Assembly: GCA_035762345.1 (NCBI GenBank) | Contig: DASTPE010000048.1 | Coordinates: 41,948 to 105,947, forward strand | DNA length: 64,000 nucleotides | From: Burkholderiales bacterium | GTDB lineage: Bacteria > Pseudomonadota > Gammaproteobacteria > Burkholderiales > SG8-39 | Reading direction: 5' to 3' | Shown here: piece after piece, positions 16,309-26,608 of the stretch | Numbering within the stretch: the stretch's first letter is position 1 | Layout of the letters: every line of letters begins with the position of its first letter | Notes under the pieces: generated by a model | Database searches by the model: none | What the model was told of the DNA's origin: nothing | What the model saw: only the letters and a program-made list of their open reading frames with translations | Translations under genes and position numbers: made by a program

Positions 16309-17436
16309 GCGTGCCATCCGGAACATCGAGAGATCGAAGGCCGGCCTCTTGCCCTGAACGAGCTCGGCGATGATCTCGCCCATCACGGAGGCGAACTTGA
16401 AGCCGTGACCCGAGCACACGCTCGCGAGAATTACCTCGTCATGGCGCGGATGCCGGTCGACGAGGAAATGGAAATCCGGCGTGTTGGTATAGAGGCACAC
16501 GTCGCTCGCCTTGAGCGCGCCGTTCGCCAGCGGGAGGCGCCGGTCCATGAAGCCGCGGATGTCCGCAATGTCCGCGTCCGTCGCCTGGCGCGACAAGTCG
16601 TCCGGCTCGCCGATGGCCCCGCCGTGGTGACGCGCGATCTTGCAGCCGGTGCCGAGATCGGGAAACCCATAATAGAACGCACCGCCCGGCTCTTCGAGAC
16701 AGAAGATCGGAAAGCGGCCCGATCCAAGGGCCGCTGGCTCGCTCGCCGGCGCGAAATGCGCGACGACCTGGCGCTCGACGCGCAGATGTGAACGAAGTTC
16801 AGCGACGAGCTCGCCCATGCTGGCGCCGGCCGTGAGCACGAGCGCGCCGCTGCTGTAGCGGTCTCGCGGCGTGCGCACGCGCACGCCTTCCGGTCCGCAG
16901 GTCCACTCCTGCGCCGGCTCGCCATAGCGCAGGTCGGCCTTCGCCGCGCGCGCGCCCTCGAGTAACGCCCGAACGCACGCCTCCGGATAGAGAATGCCGG
17001 CATCGTCCTCCCAGACCGCAATCATCGACGGATCGACGCGGAACTGCGGGTAGCGCGCGGCAAGCGCATCGCTCGAAAGCACCTCGTGCGGCAGGTGATG
17101 GGCGCGTGCGCTCGCCAGCACGCCCGGCACGAGCTCGCCCGTGGGGGCGCCCATCATGAGGCCGCCCGTCCGGCGAAAAAGCGTCGCGTGCGCACGCTCT
17201 TCGAGCTCGCGCCATGCCGCGAACGCTCGCTCGAGCAAAGGCACGTAGGCAGGATGCTCGTAGTACGCCTTGCGGATGATGCGCGACTCGCCATGATGCG
17301 AACCGTGGCGGTGCGGAGGCTGATGGCGGTCCACGCCGAGCACGTGCAGCCCGCGAGCGGCGAGCGCGTACGCAGCCGCGCTGCCCATCGCGCCGAGGCC
17401 AACAACGATCACATCGTAATTGGGCGCCACCCCCAT
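16300..17436 (-). CDS. solA: FAD-dependent sarcosine / N-methyl-L-tryptophan oxidase family (MSOX/MTOX)
   Basis: The dinucleotide fold reads YDVIVVGLGAMGSAAAYALAARG. The C-terminal CSGHGFKF motif is the covalent-FAD Cys region typical of MSOX/MTOX. Confidence 0.75.
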   Translation of the reverse strand: MGVAPNYDVIVVGLGAMGSAAAYALAARGLHVLGVDRHQPPHRHGSHHGESRIIRKAYYEHPAYVPLLERAFAAWRELEERAHATLFRRTGGLMMGAPTGELVPGVLASARAHHLPHEVLSSDALAARYPQFRVDPSMIAVWEDDAGILYPEACVRALLEGARAAKADLRYGEPAQEWTCGPEGVRVRTPRDRYSSGALVLTAGASMGELVAELRSHLRVERQVVAHFAPASEPAALGSGRFPIFCLEEPGGAFYYGFPDLGTGCKIARHHGGAIGEPDDLSRQATDADIADIRGFMDRRLPLANGALKASDVCLYTNTPDFHFLVDRHPRHDEVILASVCSGHGFKFASVMGEIIAELVQGKRPAFDLSMFRMARLG

Positions 17437-17492
17437 GTGTCAGGATTCGGACAAACACGCATAGCCACGTTCTTGATGTACAGAGAAGGTAT

Positions 17493-17860
17493 TGGTGGAG
17501 GCGGCGGGAATCGAACCCGCGTCCGTAAGCCCTACACAGTCAGGACTACATGCTTAGCCTGGTTGTTTGAGCTTCGCCTTGCGCCCGCCAACCGGCAGGC
17601 TGACGCGCGGCTAGCCGCTTCGACGGATCCCGCTGGCCAAGCGGCCAGACCGGCGGGAGAGGCTGATGTAAATGACGCTGCACCCCTTGCGGGGCCTAGA
17701 CCATCAGCAATCTAGTGCAGCGTCCCGCGGGTGTTAGGCCGCGAGAGCGAAACGCTCGTCGTTGGCGTTTGTAGTGTTTCCAGACTGGATTAGCGAGGTC
17801 ATCTGGTCCTCGGCATGCCCTGCGCTGCTTCGTTGCCCACGTCGAAACCAGGTCGCCCCC
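17493..17860 (-). ncRNA. ssrA: tmRNA (SsrA), tag peptide ANDERFALAA
   Basis: The 5' GGGGGCG pairs with the 3' CGCCUCC-ACCA, including the G3:U70 pair. The T-arm reads GGGTTCGATTCCCGC. The tag ORF gcc aac gac gag cgt ttc gct ctc gcg gcc taa lies at 17766-17734. A possible promoter is TTGAAT (17907-17902) / 18 nt / TATGAG (17883-17878). Confidence 0.95.
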
Positions 17861-17903
17861 GGAATCGTTGCGATTGTCTCATATGGGGTTGTTCGAGCCC
17901 CAT

Positions 17904-18854
17904 TCAAGACCATCCTTTTAGAACCAGTTTGCCGATCATGGTTCCCGATTCGAGCCGCTCGTGGGCTTTGCGCAGGTTGGCACCGTTGATCGACGAAAGC
18001 GTTTCCTTCAGCGTGCAGCGCAGCTTGCCGCTATCGAGCCACTCGGCGACCTGGTTGAGCAGCCGGTGCTGCTCGATCATGTCGGTCGTTTTGAAGCGCG
18101 GCCGCGTAAACATGAGCTCCCAGCAGACACTTGCGCTTTTCATTCGCACCCCGTCCATCGGCAGGGGTTTCGTGTTGCCGACAATCGCGACCAGCGCGCC
18201 TTGCGGGGCAACCAGCTTGGCCATGGCCTCCCAGTATGCGTCAAGCTCGCCGCTGAAGTTGGCGATGTAATCGACCGGGTTCTTGATCTGGTCGATGAGG
18301 CTTTTGCGGTGGTTCACGACCTCGTCGGCCCCGAGCGTTTTCACCCAAGCCACGGACTCCGGGCGTGAAGCGGTCGCGATTACATGCAGGCCGGCCTGCT
18401 TCGCGAGTTGTATGCCGATCGAGCCCACGCCGCCCGCCCCGCTAATGATGAGGATGCGCTTTCCCGCCTGCACTTTCATGCGGTCGAAGAACGCCTCCCA
18501 CGCCGTGATGGACGTGAGCGGCATCGCGGCTGCCTGCGCGAAGTCGAGCGTCCTTGGCTTGCGTCCGACGATGCGCTCGTCGACGAGATGAAATTCGCTG
18601 TTGCAGCCTGGGCGAGTGACGTCACCGGCGTAGTACACGGTGTCGCCAGGTTTGAACAAGGTGACTTCTTTTCCTATCGCTTCTACGGTGCCGGCCGCGT
18701 CCCAGCCGAGTATGCGGGACGCGGTCGCTTGCTTGCGCTGCTTGTAATCGACGGGGTTTACCGAGACCGCTTCGACTCTGACGAGCAGGTCGCGGCCGGA
18801 CGCCGAGGGCTTGGGAAGCTCGATGTCGGCGAAGGTGTGGTCGACGGCTCTCAC
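17904..18854 (-). CDS. Zinc-type alcohol dehydrogenase-like / quinone oxidoreductase (MDR superfamily)
   Basis: 316 aa with a GroES-like N-terminus and the Rossmann motif ILIISGAGGVGSIGIQLAKQAG. Confidence 0.8.
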   Translation of the reverse strand: MRAVDHTFADIELPKPSASGRDLLVRVEAVSVNPVDYKQRKQATASRILGWDAAGTVEAIGKEVTLFKPGDTVYYAGDVTRPGCNSEFHLVDERIVGRKPRTLDFAQAAAMPLTSITAWEAFFDRMKVQAGKRILIISGAGGVGSIGIQLAKQAGLHVIATASRPESVAWVKTLGADEVVNHRKSLIDQIKNPVDYIANFSGELDAYWEAMAKLVAPQGALVAIVGNTKPLPMDGVRMKSASVCWELMFTRPRFKTTDMIEQHRLLNQVAEWLDSGKLRCTLKETLSSINGANLRKAHERLESGTMIGKLVLKGWS

Positions 18855-19498
18855 AGGTGCTTGACCAGATCCATGGGGCAGGCGATGACGAGTTCGGCTT
18901 CCCAGGTGCCCGGCCCGCCGCTCTCGGGATGGTGGTAGCCCCAGTCGACCGCGATCGGGCGCATGCCGGCTGCGCGCGCGGCCTTCATGTCGCGCAGGTC
19001 GTCGCCGAGGAACCAGCAGCTAGCCGGCGGCAGGTTGAGCTGCTCCGCCGCGTGCAGGAGTGGAGCCGGATGCGGCTTGAGGTGCGGAGTGGTGTCACCG
19101 CACGCGACGCAGTCGGGCTTGAGTTGCAGGTGGGCAAGGATGCGCTCGGTAAAGCGCGTTGCTTTGTTGGTCACCACGCCCCAGCGGATGTCGCGCGCAG
19201 CGAGCTCACGCAGAAGCTCGGCGACGCCCGGGAAGAGGGCGGTCTTCCCGCAGCAGGTCTCGGCATAGAGGTCGAGGAACTCCTGGCGCATCGCCTTGTA
19301 TTCTGCATCGTCTGGCTTGATGCCGAAGGCCGCATGCAGCAGCCCGCGTGCGCCCGCGGAAGCGAACGGCCGCAGGCGCTCGAGCGGGAAAGGCTCGTGT
19401 CCCTGCTCGAGCCGCATGCGGTTGACCGCGGCGGCGAGATCGGGCGCTGTGTCGGCAAGCGTGCCGTCGAAATCGAACAGGACCGCGCGGCTAGGCAT
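18851..19498 (-). CDS. gph: Phosphoglycolate phosphatase (HAD superfamily)
   Basis: HAD motif I reads [12 protein letters not shown]. Later motifs include GVVTNK and [16 protein letters not shown]. The ubiG-gph adjacency is conserved. Confidence 0.8.
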   Translation of the reverse strand: MPSRAVLFDFDGTLADTAPDLAAAVNRMRLEQGHEPFPLERLRPFASAGARGLLHAAFGIKPDDAEYKAMRQEFLDLYAETCCGKTALFPGVAELLRELAARDIRWGVVTNKATRFTERILAHLQLKPDCVACGDTTPHLKPHPAPLLHAAEQLNLPPASCWFLGDDLRDMKAARAAGMRPIAVDWGYHHPESGGPGTWEAELVIACPMDLVKHL

Positions 19499-20180
19499 CG
19501 CGCGCGCAGCAGACGAGGTAGTTCACGTCGCAATCGGTTCCCAGCCGGTAGCGGCGCGTGATCGGGTTGTAGCTCATGCCGATCATCTCTTCGACGCGCA
19601 GCCCGGCTGCGCGGCTCCAACGCAATAGCTCCGAGGGCTTGATAAAGCGCATGTAGTCGTGCGTTCCCTTCGGCAGCAACCCGAGCACGTATTCCGCGCC
19701 CACCACGGCGAAAAGGTACGACTTCGGGTTGCGGTTGATCGTGGAGAAGAACACCCGCCCGCCCGGGCGCACGAGCCGTGCGCAGGCGGCAACCATGCTC
19801 GACGGCTGCGGAACGTGCTCCAGCAGCTCCATGCACGTCACGATGTCGAACTCGCCGGCGAAATCCTCCACGGAAGACTCTTCGTAGCGGATGTCAAGCT
19901 TGCTTTCGTGAAGGTGCAGCTGCGCGACGCGCAAGGCGCTCTCCGAGAGGTCGATGCCGGTCACGTGCGCGCCGTGCTGCGCCATGGCCTCGGTGAGGAT
20001 GCCACCCCCGCAGCCCACGTCGAGCACCGATGCGCCGGCGAGCTCGGCATGGCCCGCGATCCATTCCATGCGCAGCGGATTAATCTCGTGCAGCGGACGA
20101 AACTCGCCCGCGGGATCCCACCAGCGGTGCGCAAGCGAGCTGAACTTCTTCAGCTCAGCCGGATCGACGTTCCTCACCAT
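19491..20180 (-). CDS. ubiG: Bifunctional 3-demethylubiquinol 3-O-methyltransferase
   Basis: The N-terminus reads [38 protein letters not shown]. The SAM motif reads [16 protein letters not shown]. Confidence 0.9.
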   Translation of the reverse strand: MVRNVDPAELKKFSSLAHRWWDPAGEFRPLHEINPLRMEWIAGHAELAGASVLDVGCGGGILTEAMAQHGAHVTGIDLSESALRVAQLHLHESKLDIRYEESSVEDFAGEFDIVTCMELLEHVPQPSSMVAACARLVRPGGRVFFSTINRNPKSYLFAVVGAEYVLGLLPKGTHDYMRFIKPSELLRWSRAAGLRVEEMIGMSYNPITRRYRLGTDCDVNYLVCCARDA

Positions 20181-20188
20181 GCCATTCT

Positions 20189-20218
20189 AGAAAAGAAAAA
20201 CCCCGCCGAAGCGGGGTT
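20189..20218 (-). terminator. Rho-independent terminator after the first OmpA-like gene
   Basis: On the minus strand the hairpin is aaccccgc-ttcg-gcggggtt, followed by tttcttttct. Confidence 0.7.
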
Positions 20219-20242
20219 GTCCTGTGGCTGCCAAACGAGGGC

Positions 20243-20833
20243 CTACTGCTTGCGCGTCCCGATGACCTCGATCTCGACGCGCCGGTCGGGCTGAAGGCAT
20301 TCGATCATCTTCTTGTTGCCGCGGGCCTCCTTGCCGTATTTCTTGCAAGCGCCAGCGGTCACGGGCTGCTTCTCGCCCTTGCCTTCGGTGTAGACGCGGT
20401 TGGCCTCGATGCCCTTGGACACCAGGTACGCCTTGATCGATTCAGCGCGGCGCACCGACAGCCGCTGGTTGTAGGTGTCGGAGCCAATCGAGTCCGCGTG
20501 GCCGATCCCGATCACGACCTCGAGGTTGATGCCGCGCACCTTGTTCGCGATCTCGTCGAGTTTCGACTTGCCTTCAGGCTTGACCACTGCCTTGTCGAAG
20601 TCGAATAACACATCGGCAGCGAACGTGACCTTCTCGGCGACCGGCTTGGGCTTCTCGGGCGCGGGCTTCGGTTTCTCCGGAGCCGGTGGGGGCGGGGGCG
20701 CCGGCTTGGGCTCGGGCGGAGGCGCAGGCTTCGGCGGCGGTGGTGGGGCGGGCTGGGGCGCAGGCTTCTCAGGTTCGGTGGCGCACCCAGCGGCAAAAGC
20801 GAGCGCGATGAGAAACAGCCAGACTTTCTTCAT
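20243..20833 (-). CDS. OmpA-domain lipoprotein with Pro-rich linker (copy 1)
   Basis: The lipobox reads LAFAAGC. The linker is made of (P/A/K/E) repeats (PAPQPAPPPPPKPAPPPEPKP...). The C-terminal OmpA_C fold reads GHADSIGSDTYNQRLSVRRAESIKAYL. The RBS is GGAGGAAAAA. Confidence 0.85.
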   Translation of the reverse strand: MKKVWLFLIALAFAAGCATEPEKPAPQPAPPPPPKPAPPPEPKPAPPPPPAPEKPKPAPEKPKPVAEKVTFAADVLFDFDKAVVKPEGKSKLDEIANKVRGINLEVVIGIGHADSIGSDTYNQRLSVRRAESIKAYLVSKGIEANRVYTEGKGEKQPVTAGACKKYGKEARGNKKMIECLQPDRRVEIEVIGTRKQ

Positions 20834-20854
20834 TTTTCCTCCGCTGCGCGAAAT

Positions 20855-22267
20855 TTATTCGCTCTCAGAGCCTGGGGGACCCTTGAAAGCATTCTGCCAG
20901 ATCTGCCACCGGGTGTCCAAGCCGGAGGCGGAATGCGCGAGAGCGCCGTCGCGCACCACGAGCTTGCCGTCCACCCAAACGTGCGTCACATGCTCGCGGC
21001 CCGCGGCGTATACGAGATGCGAAACGGGGTCGTAGCAGGGCACGAGCTCCGGGCCGCGCAACGCGACCGCCGCGAGGTCGGCGCGCTTGCCCGGCTCGAT
21101 GGATCCGATGCGCGCGCCCAGGCCAAGTGCGCGCGCGCCGCCAAGCGTCGCGGCGCGCAGCGCCGTATGCGCCGGCAGGGCCTCGGCATCCCGCGCGAGC
21201 GCCTTCGCGAGCAACGCCGCGGTGCGCATCTCCGTGAGTACATCGAGCCGGTTATTGCTGGCCGCGCCGTCGGTGCCGAGCGCGACGTTGATCCCGTTCT
21301 TCAGCATCGAATAAACCGGCGCGAAGCCGCTTGCGAGCTTGAGATTCGAAGAGGGGCAATGCACTACCGAGCAGCCATGGCGGGCGAGCAGCTCGAGTTC
21401 GTGCGGCTCGAGGTGTATGGCGTGGACTGCAATCAATCCTGGCCCCAGGAGGCCAAGGCGTCGCAGCCGCTCCAGCGGTCGCACGCCGTGCTCGGCAAGC
21501 GAGCGCTCGATTTCGGCTTCGGTCTCGTGAAGATGGAGGTGCACCGGCAGATCGAGCTCCGCGGCGAGCGTCGCCACGTGCCGCAGCGTGTCGTCGGACA
21601 CGGTGTAGGGCGCGTGAGGCGCGAAGCAGAACGACACGAGCGGCTGCTCGCGGCTCGCGTCGCGTAGCGCAAGCCCTTTGCGCAGGTAGTCGTCCGGATC
21701 GGAGGCGTAAGTCGTGGCGTAGTCGACCACAATCAGGCCGAGCGCAACCCGCATCGACGCTCCCAGCGCCGCCTCGAGCGCGGCCTCGGGGAAGAAATAC
21801 ATGTCGTTGAAGCACGTGATCCCGGCGCGGAGCATCTCGGCGCAGGCGAGCGACGTGCCGTCGCGCACCATGTCAGCCGAAAGGTGGCGGCGCTCGGCGG
21901 GCCACATGCGCTCCTCGAGCCAGCGCATGAGCGGCAGATCGTCGCCGAGCCCGCGCATCAACGCCATGGCGGCGTGCGTATGCGCGTTGACCAAGCCTGG
22001 GATGAGCACATGGTCCGGAAGAGCGACCTGCTCGTAATGCGCGAACCGTGCGGACGCTTCCGTCGCGGGAAGAACCTGCTCAATGACGCCGTCGCGTACT
22101 GCGACGGCATGGTGCTCGAGAACCGCGCCCGCCGGCTCGACCGGGACGACCCAGCGGGCGCTGAGGAGCTTTCCTTCTATCTCGGCGTGCCCTGGATCTC
22201 GACGACCACCCGGCGGTTGGGGCTGAGGCACTCGATCAGCTGCTTGCGCTCTTTCTGGTCCGGGCAT
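20855..22267 (-). CDS. mtaD: TRZ/ATZ-family amidohydrolase, 5-methylthioadenosine/S-adenosylhomocysteine deaminase-like
   Basis: Motifs include LLSARWVVPVEP...AVAVRDGVI, the metal-binding GLVNAHTHAAM, VHLHLHET, and SNLKLASG...LGTDGAASNN. The start is uncertain: the only ATG (22267) overlaps the upstream OmpA-like gene by 91 nt, and a GTG lies at 22231. Confidence 0.8.
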   Translation of the reverse strand: MPGPERAQAADRVPQPQPPGGRRDPGHAEIEGKLLSARWVVPVEPAGAVLEHHAVAVRDGVIEQVLPATEASARFAHYEQVALPDHVLIPGLVNAHTHAAMALMRGLGDDLPLMRWLEERMWPAERRHLSADMVRDGTSLACAEMLRAGITCFNDMYFFPEAALEAALGASMRVALGLIVVDYATTYASDPDDYLRKGLALRDASREQPLVSFCFAPHAPYTVSDDTLRHVATLAAELDLPVHLHLHETEAEIERSLAEHGVRPLERLRRLGLLGPGLIAVHAIHLEPHELELLARHGCSVVHCPSSNLKLASGFAPVYSMLKNGINVALGTDGAASNNRLDVLTEMRTAALLAKALARDAEALPAHTALRAATLGGARALGLGARIGSIEPGKRADLAAVALRGPELVPCYDPVSHLVYAAGREHVTHVWVDGKLVVRDGALAHSASGLDTRWQIWQNAFKGPPGSESE

Positions 22268-22773
22268 GACTTGACCGGGAGCGTCTTGCCGAAGCCGAGC
22301 GTCTCGACTTTCGACGCGTCCACGCCCTTCGATACCAGGTACGCGCGCACCGCCTCTGCGCGCTTCTCGGAGAGCTTCTGGTTGTACTGAGCCGAGCCCA
22401 GACGGTCCGTGTGGCCGTTCACGATAATGAAGCGCACGTCTTTCAGGTCGCGCAGCTTGGCGACCACCTCGCTGTCGAGCCTGGTTCGCGCTTCAGGCGT
22501 GAGCACCGCCTTGTTGAACTCGAAGAGTCCCGTCGACGCGAGGTTCACCACTGTGGGCTTCTTCGGCGGCTCGGGTTTCGGTTCCGGTTTCGCCACTGGA
22601 GCTGGTGGAGGCGGCGGCGGAGGAGGCGCTGGCTGCGCTACGGGCGGCGGCGGTGGTGGGGGCGGCGCGGCGGCGGGCTTTGGCGCCGGCTTCTCCGGTT
22701 CTGTGGCGCACGCGGCGATGAAAGCTAGTGCGGCGGCGATGAAAAGGAGCTGGAGCGGTTTCTGGGCTTTCAT
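22177..22773 (-). CDS. OmpA-domain lipoprotein with Pro-rich linker (copy 2)
   Basis: I chose the start at MKAQKPLQLLFIAAALAFIAAC (lipobox), which follows GGGGAGGAAA. The linker has a poly-Pro stretch (PPPPPPPPVAQPAPPPPPPPP). The OmpA_C fold reads GHTDRLGSAQYNQKLSEKRAEAVRAYL. Confidence 0.85.
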   Translation of the reverse strand: MKAQKPLQLLFIAAALAFIAACATEPEKPAPKPAAAPPPPPPPPVAQPAPPPPPPPPAPVAKPEPKPEPPKKPTVVNLASTGLFEFNKAVLTPEARTRLDSEVVAKLRDLKDVRFIIVNGHTDRLGSAQYNQKLSEKRAEAVRAYLVSKGVDASKVETLGFGKTLPVKSCPDQKERKQLIECLSPNRRVVVEIQGTPR

Positions 22774-22892
22774 TTTCCTCCCCGTTCTTGTGCTCGAAGC
22801 GTGGACGGATTTAAGCACAGGCAAACCGCTCCGGACAAGCTGTTTTTAGAGGGAAAACCGATGCTTGCATGATAAAATCTGAGCCCTTCCCG

Positions 22893-25532
22893 ATGGAGCA
22901 ATTCGCCAAAGAAACGCTGCCCATCTCGCTCGAAGAAGAGATGCGGCGCTCCTACCTCGATTACGCCATGAGCGTGATCGTGGGGCGGGCTCTGCCCGAT
23001 GTGCGCGACGGCCTGAAGCCCGTCCACCGGCGAGTACTGTACGCGATGCACGAGGCGAACAACGTCTGGAACCGACCCTATGTGAAGTGCGCGCGGATCG
23101 TTGGCGACGTGCTCGGGAAGTACCATCCGCACGGCGATTCCGCCACCTACGAAGCGCTGGTGCGCATGGCGCAGGACTTCTCGATGCGCTACACGCTGAT
23201 CGACGGCCAGGGTAATTTCGGCTCGGTCGACGGCGATGCGGCCGCGGCGTACCGCTATACCGAGTGCCGGCTCGAAAAGATTTCAGCCGAGCTGCTCGCC
23301 GACATCGGGGCCGAAACCGTCGACTTCTCTCCGAACTACGACGGCAAGGAGCTCGAGCCAGCCGTGTTGCCAACGCGCATGCCTAATCTCCTGGTGAACG
23401 GCTCCTCTGGCATCGCGGTCGGCATGGCGACCAATATCCCGCCGCACAACCTGGGCGAAGTCGTGGACGCCTGCCTGCACCTGCTCATGCAGCCGCATTG
23501 CGCGATCGAGGAGCTCATCAAGCTCATGCCGGCGCCCGATTTCCCGACCTCGGGGATCATGTACGGCCTCGCGGGCGTGCACGAGGCCTACCGTACCGGC
23601 CGCGGGCGCGCGGTGATGCGCGCGCGCACCCACTTCGAGGACGTCGGCAAGGGCGAGCGCCAGGCGATCGTCATCGACGAGCTGCCCTACCAGGTGAACA
23701 AGCGCGTGCTCCTCGAGAAGATCGCCGAGATGGTGAACGAAAAGCGCCTCGAGGGCATCGCGGACATCCGCGACGAGTCCGACAAATCGGGCATGCGGGC
23801 GGTCCTCGAACTCAAGCGCGGCGAGCGGCCCGAGGTAGTGCTCAACAACCTCTACAAGACAACGCAGCTGCAGGACAGCTTTCACATGAACATGGTGGCG
23901 CTGGTCGATGGCCAGCCGCGCCTGCTCAATCTCAAGGAGCTGCTCGAGGCCTTCATTGCGCACCGCCGCGAGGTCGTCACGCGGCGAACGGTGTACGAGC
24001 TGCGCCAGGCGCGCGCGCGGGGCCACGTGCTGGAGGGACTTGCAGTCGCGCTGTCCAACGTCGACCCGGTGATCGAGCTCATCAAGAAAGCGCCGAGCCC
24101 GGCGGATGCCAAGCGCGGGCTCATGGAGCGCGCATGGGGTTCGGAGCTGGTGAAAAACCTGGTCGCAAAGGTCGCCGCGGCGCAGTTTCGCCCCGAGGGG
24201 CTTTCACAAGACTTTGGTTTGAAGGAAGAAGGCTATCGACTGTCCGAGGAGCAGGCACAGGCAATCCTCGAACTGCGGCTGCAGCGCCTCACAGCGCTCG
24301 AACAGGACAAGATCCGCGAGGAATACCGCGAAGTAATCGCGGCAATCACCGATCTGCTGGACATCCTGGCGAAGCCCGCGCGCATCACGAAGATCATCGA
24401 CGGCGAGCTGCGCAAGCTGAAAGAGGAGTTTGCCGACAAGCGCAGAAGCGAGATCGTCACGGTTGCCGAGGACATCTCGATCGAGGATCTGATCGCCCCG
24501 CAGGACATGGTCGTCACTTTTTCGCACGGCGGCTATGTGAAGTCGCAGCCGCTCGCCGACTACCGGGCGCAGCGCCGCGGCGGGCGGGGTCGCATGGCGA
24601 CTTCCATGAAGGAGGACGACTTCATCGAGCGCCTGTTCGTCGCGCACTCGCACGATTACCTGCTCTGCTTCTCCAATCGCGGGCGGCTCTACTGGCTCAA
24701 GGTCTACGAGGTCCCGGTGGGCAGCCGCGCAAGCCGCGGCAAGCCGACCGTCAACATGTTCCCGCTCGAGGAGGGCGAGAAAATCACCGCGGTGGTGCCG
24801 GTAAAGGAGTTCGACGAGAACCACTATGTGTTCATGGCTACCGCGCACGGCACGGTGAAGAAGACTCCGCTCGCCGAGTTCTCGCGCCCGCGGCCGAGCG
24901 GCATCATCGCGGTCGGTCTGGAACAGGGCGACTACTTGGTCGGCTGCGTCCTCACCGACGGCGGCTACGACGTGATGCTGTTCTCCTCCGAGGGCAAGTC
25001 AGTCCGCTTCCCGGAAAGCGACGTGCGGCCGATGGGCCGCCAGGCGACCGGCGTGCGCGGCATGCGCCTCGGCGAGGGCCAGCGCGTCGTGTGCATGCTC
25101 GCCGCCAAGGACGATTCGCGCTCGGTCCTCACTGCCACCGCGAACGGCTACGGCAAGCGCACCGCCATCGCCGACTACCCGCGCCATGGGCGCGGCGGCC
25201 AGGGCGTGATTGCGATCCAGGTGTCCGAGCGCAACGGTGCGCTGATCGGCGCCGTGCTGGTGGACGAGCAGGATCAAGTCATGCTGATTTCCACCGGCGG
25301 TGTGCTCATCCGCACCGCGGTGTCCCAAATCCGCGAGATGGGCCGCTCGACCCAGGGAGTCACCTTGATCTCGCTCGACGCGGGCGAGAAGCTCGCCGGC
25401 ATGGAGCGCATCGAGGAACGCGACCTCGGCAACGGCAACGGCGGTAATGGGGGAAATGAGGGCGAAAGCGGGAACGGCGAAGGTGGGGAACAGATACCGC
25501 CTCCCGAAGCTCCTCCACCCACAGTTCACTGA
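22893..25532 (+). CDS. gyrA: DNA gyrase subunit A
   Basis: The N-terminus reads [52 protein letters not shown]. The ATG at 22893 aligns residue-for-residue with the E. coli GyrA N-terminus. The active-site region and beta-pinwheel repeats are present. Confidence 0.97.
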   Translation: MEQFAKETLPISLEEEMRRSYLDYAMSVIVGRALPDVRDGLKPVHRRVLYAMHEANNVWNRPYVKCARIVGDVLGKYHPHGDSATYEALVRMAQDFSMRYTLIDGQGNFGSVDGDAAAAYRYTECRLEKISAELLADIGAETVDFSPNYDGKELEPAVLPTRMPNLLVNGSSGIAVGMATNIPPHNLGEVVDACLHLLMQPHCAIEELIKLMPAPDFPTSGIMYGLAGVHEAYRTGRGRAVMRARTHFEDVGKGERQAIVIDELPYQVNKRVLLEKIAEMVNEKRLEGIADIRDESDKSGMRAVLELKRGERPEVVLNNLYKTTQLQDSFHMNMVALVDGQPRLLNLKELLEAFIAHRREVVTRRTVYELRQARARGHVLEGLAVALSNVDPVIELIKKAPSPADAKRGLMERAWGSELVKNLVAKVAAAQFRPEGLSQDFGLKEEGYRLSEEQAQAILELRLQRLTALEQDKIREEYREVIAAITDLLDILAKPARITKIIDGELRKLKEEFADKRRSEIVTVAEDISIEDLIAPQDMVVTFSHGGYVKSQPLADYRAQRRGGRGRMATSMKEDDFIERLFVAHSHDYLLCFSNRGRLYWLKVYEVPVGSRASRGKPTVNMFPLEEGEKITAVVPVKEFDENHYVFMATAHGTVKKTPLAEFSRPRPSGIIAVGLEQGDYLVGCVLTDGGYDVMLFSSEGKSVRFPESDVRPMGRQATGVRGMRLGEGQRVVCMLAAKDDSRSVLTATANGYGKRTAIADYPRHGRGGQGVIAIQVSERNGALIGAVLVDEQDQVMLISTGGVLIRTAVSQIREMGRSTQGVTLISLDAGEKLAGMERIEERDLGNGNGGNGGNEGESGNGEGGEQIPPPEAPPPTVH

Positions 25533-26608
25533 TGTCCCGCATATTCAATTTCAGCGCGGGGCCCGCGATGCTCCCCGCGGAGGTCCTCGCTCGCGCCGGC
25601 GACGAGATGCTCGACTGGCGCGCGAGCGGCATGTCGGTGATGGAAATGAGCCACCGCGGCCCGGAATTCGTTTCCATCGCCGCCGAAGCGGAAGCCGACC
25701 TGCGCGCGCTGCTCGCGATCCCGGCAAACTACAAGGTCCTCTTCCTCCAGGGCGGGGCGACGCTGCAATTCGCGCAAGTGCCGATGAACTTGCTGCGCGG
25801 CAAGGGCAAGGCCGACTACGTGCTGACCGGCGAATGGTCGAAAAAGGCGGTCAAGGAGGCGAAGAACTACTGCGACGTGGCGATCGCGGCGAGCTCCGAG
25901 GACCGAAATTTCATGGTTGCCCCAAAGCAATTTTCGGTAAGAAAAGAGACCGCCTACGTCCACTACTGCTCGAACGAGACCATCGGGGGAGTCGAGTATC
26001 ACTCCGTTCCCTACCAGGGAGAAATCCCGCTGGTCGCCGATGCATCCTCGCACTTCCTGTCGCGACCGATCGAAGTCCCTAAGTTCGGGCTGATTTACGC
26101 CGGAGCACAGAAGAACGCCGGCCCCGCGGGGCTCACGATCGTGATCGTGCGCGACGACCTGATCGGCCAGGCGGCGAAAGGCACGCCGAGCGTCATGGAT
26201 TACAAGCTGCAGGCCGAAGCCGATTCGATGCTCAACACGCCTGCGACGTTTTCGCTGTACATCGCTGGGCTCGTCTTCAAGTGGCTGAAGCAGCAGGGCG
26301 GTTTGGTCTCTATTGAGAAGAGGAACGTTGAGAAGGCGAGGCTGCTGTACGAATACCTCGATTCAAGCGAGTTCTTCCACAACCCCGTGGCCAAGGAAGA
26401 CCGCTCGCGCATGAACGTGCCGTTCACTTTGAAAGACAAAGCGCTGGACCAGCCCTTCCTCAAAGGCGCGGCCGAGCGCGGTCTCATTCAGCTCAAAGGT
26501 CACCGCTCGGTCGGGGGGATGCGCGCGTCCATCTACAACGCCATGCCCCTAGAGGGCGTGCGGCGTCTCGTGGAGTACATGCGCGAGTTTGAGCAGAAGC
26601 ATGGCTAA
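25532..26608 (+). CDS. serC: Phosphoserine aminotransferase
   Basis: The sequence reads [22 protein letters not shown]...SHRGPEF...YCSNETIGGVE...GAQKNAGPAGLTIVIVR. The start overlaps the gyrA stop (TGATG). Confidence 0.95.
   Translation: MSRIFNFSAGPAMLPAEVLARAGDEMLDWRASGMSVMEMSHRGPEFVSIAAEAEADLRALLAIPANYKVLFLQGGATLQFAQVPMNLLRGKGKADYVLTGEWSKKAVKEAKNYCDVAIAASSEDRNFMVAPKQFSVRKETAYVHYCSNETIGGVEYHSVPYQGEIPLVADASSHFLSRPIEVPKFGLIYAGAQKNAGPAGLTIVIVRDDLIGQAAKGTPSVMDYKLQAEADSMLNTPATFSLYIAGLVFKWLKQQGGLVSIEKRNVEKARLLYEYLDSSEFFHNPVAKEDRSRMNVPFTLKDKALDQPFLKGAAERGLIQLKGHRSVGGMRASIYNAMPLEGVRRLVEYMREFEQKHG

Noticed and set aside
20640-20770. Short-period ccg/gcg/ggc repeats here and at 22560-22690, considered as tandem repeat or CRISPR-like signal
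   Set aside because: They are the coding sequence of the PAPPP/KPAP linkers of the two OmpA-like lipoproteins. There is no spacer/repeat periodicity. No CRISPR array exists anywhere in the window.
22870-22878. tgataaaat, an extended -10-like box just upstream of gyrA
   Set aside because: It would leave only ~8 nt of leader without an SD before the preferred ATG (22893). It also lies inside the alternative ORF-track start (22869). The evidence is too ambiguous to call a promoter.
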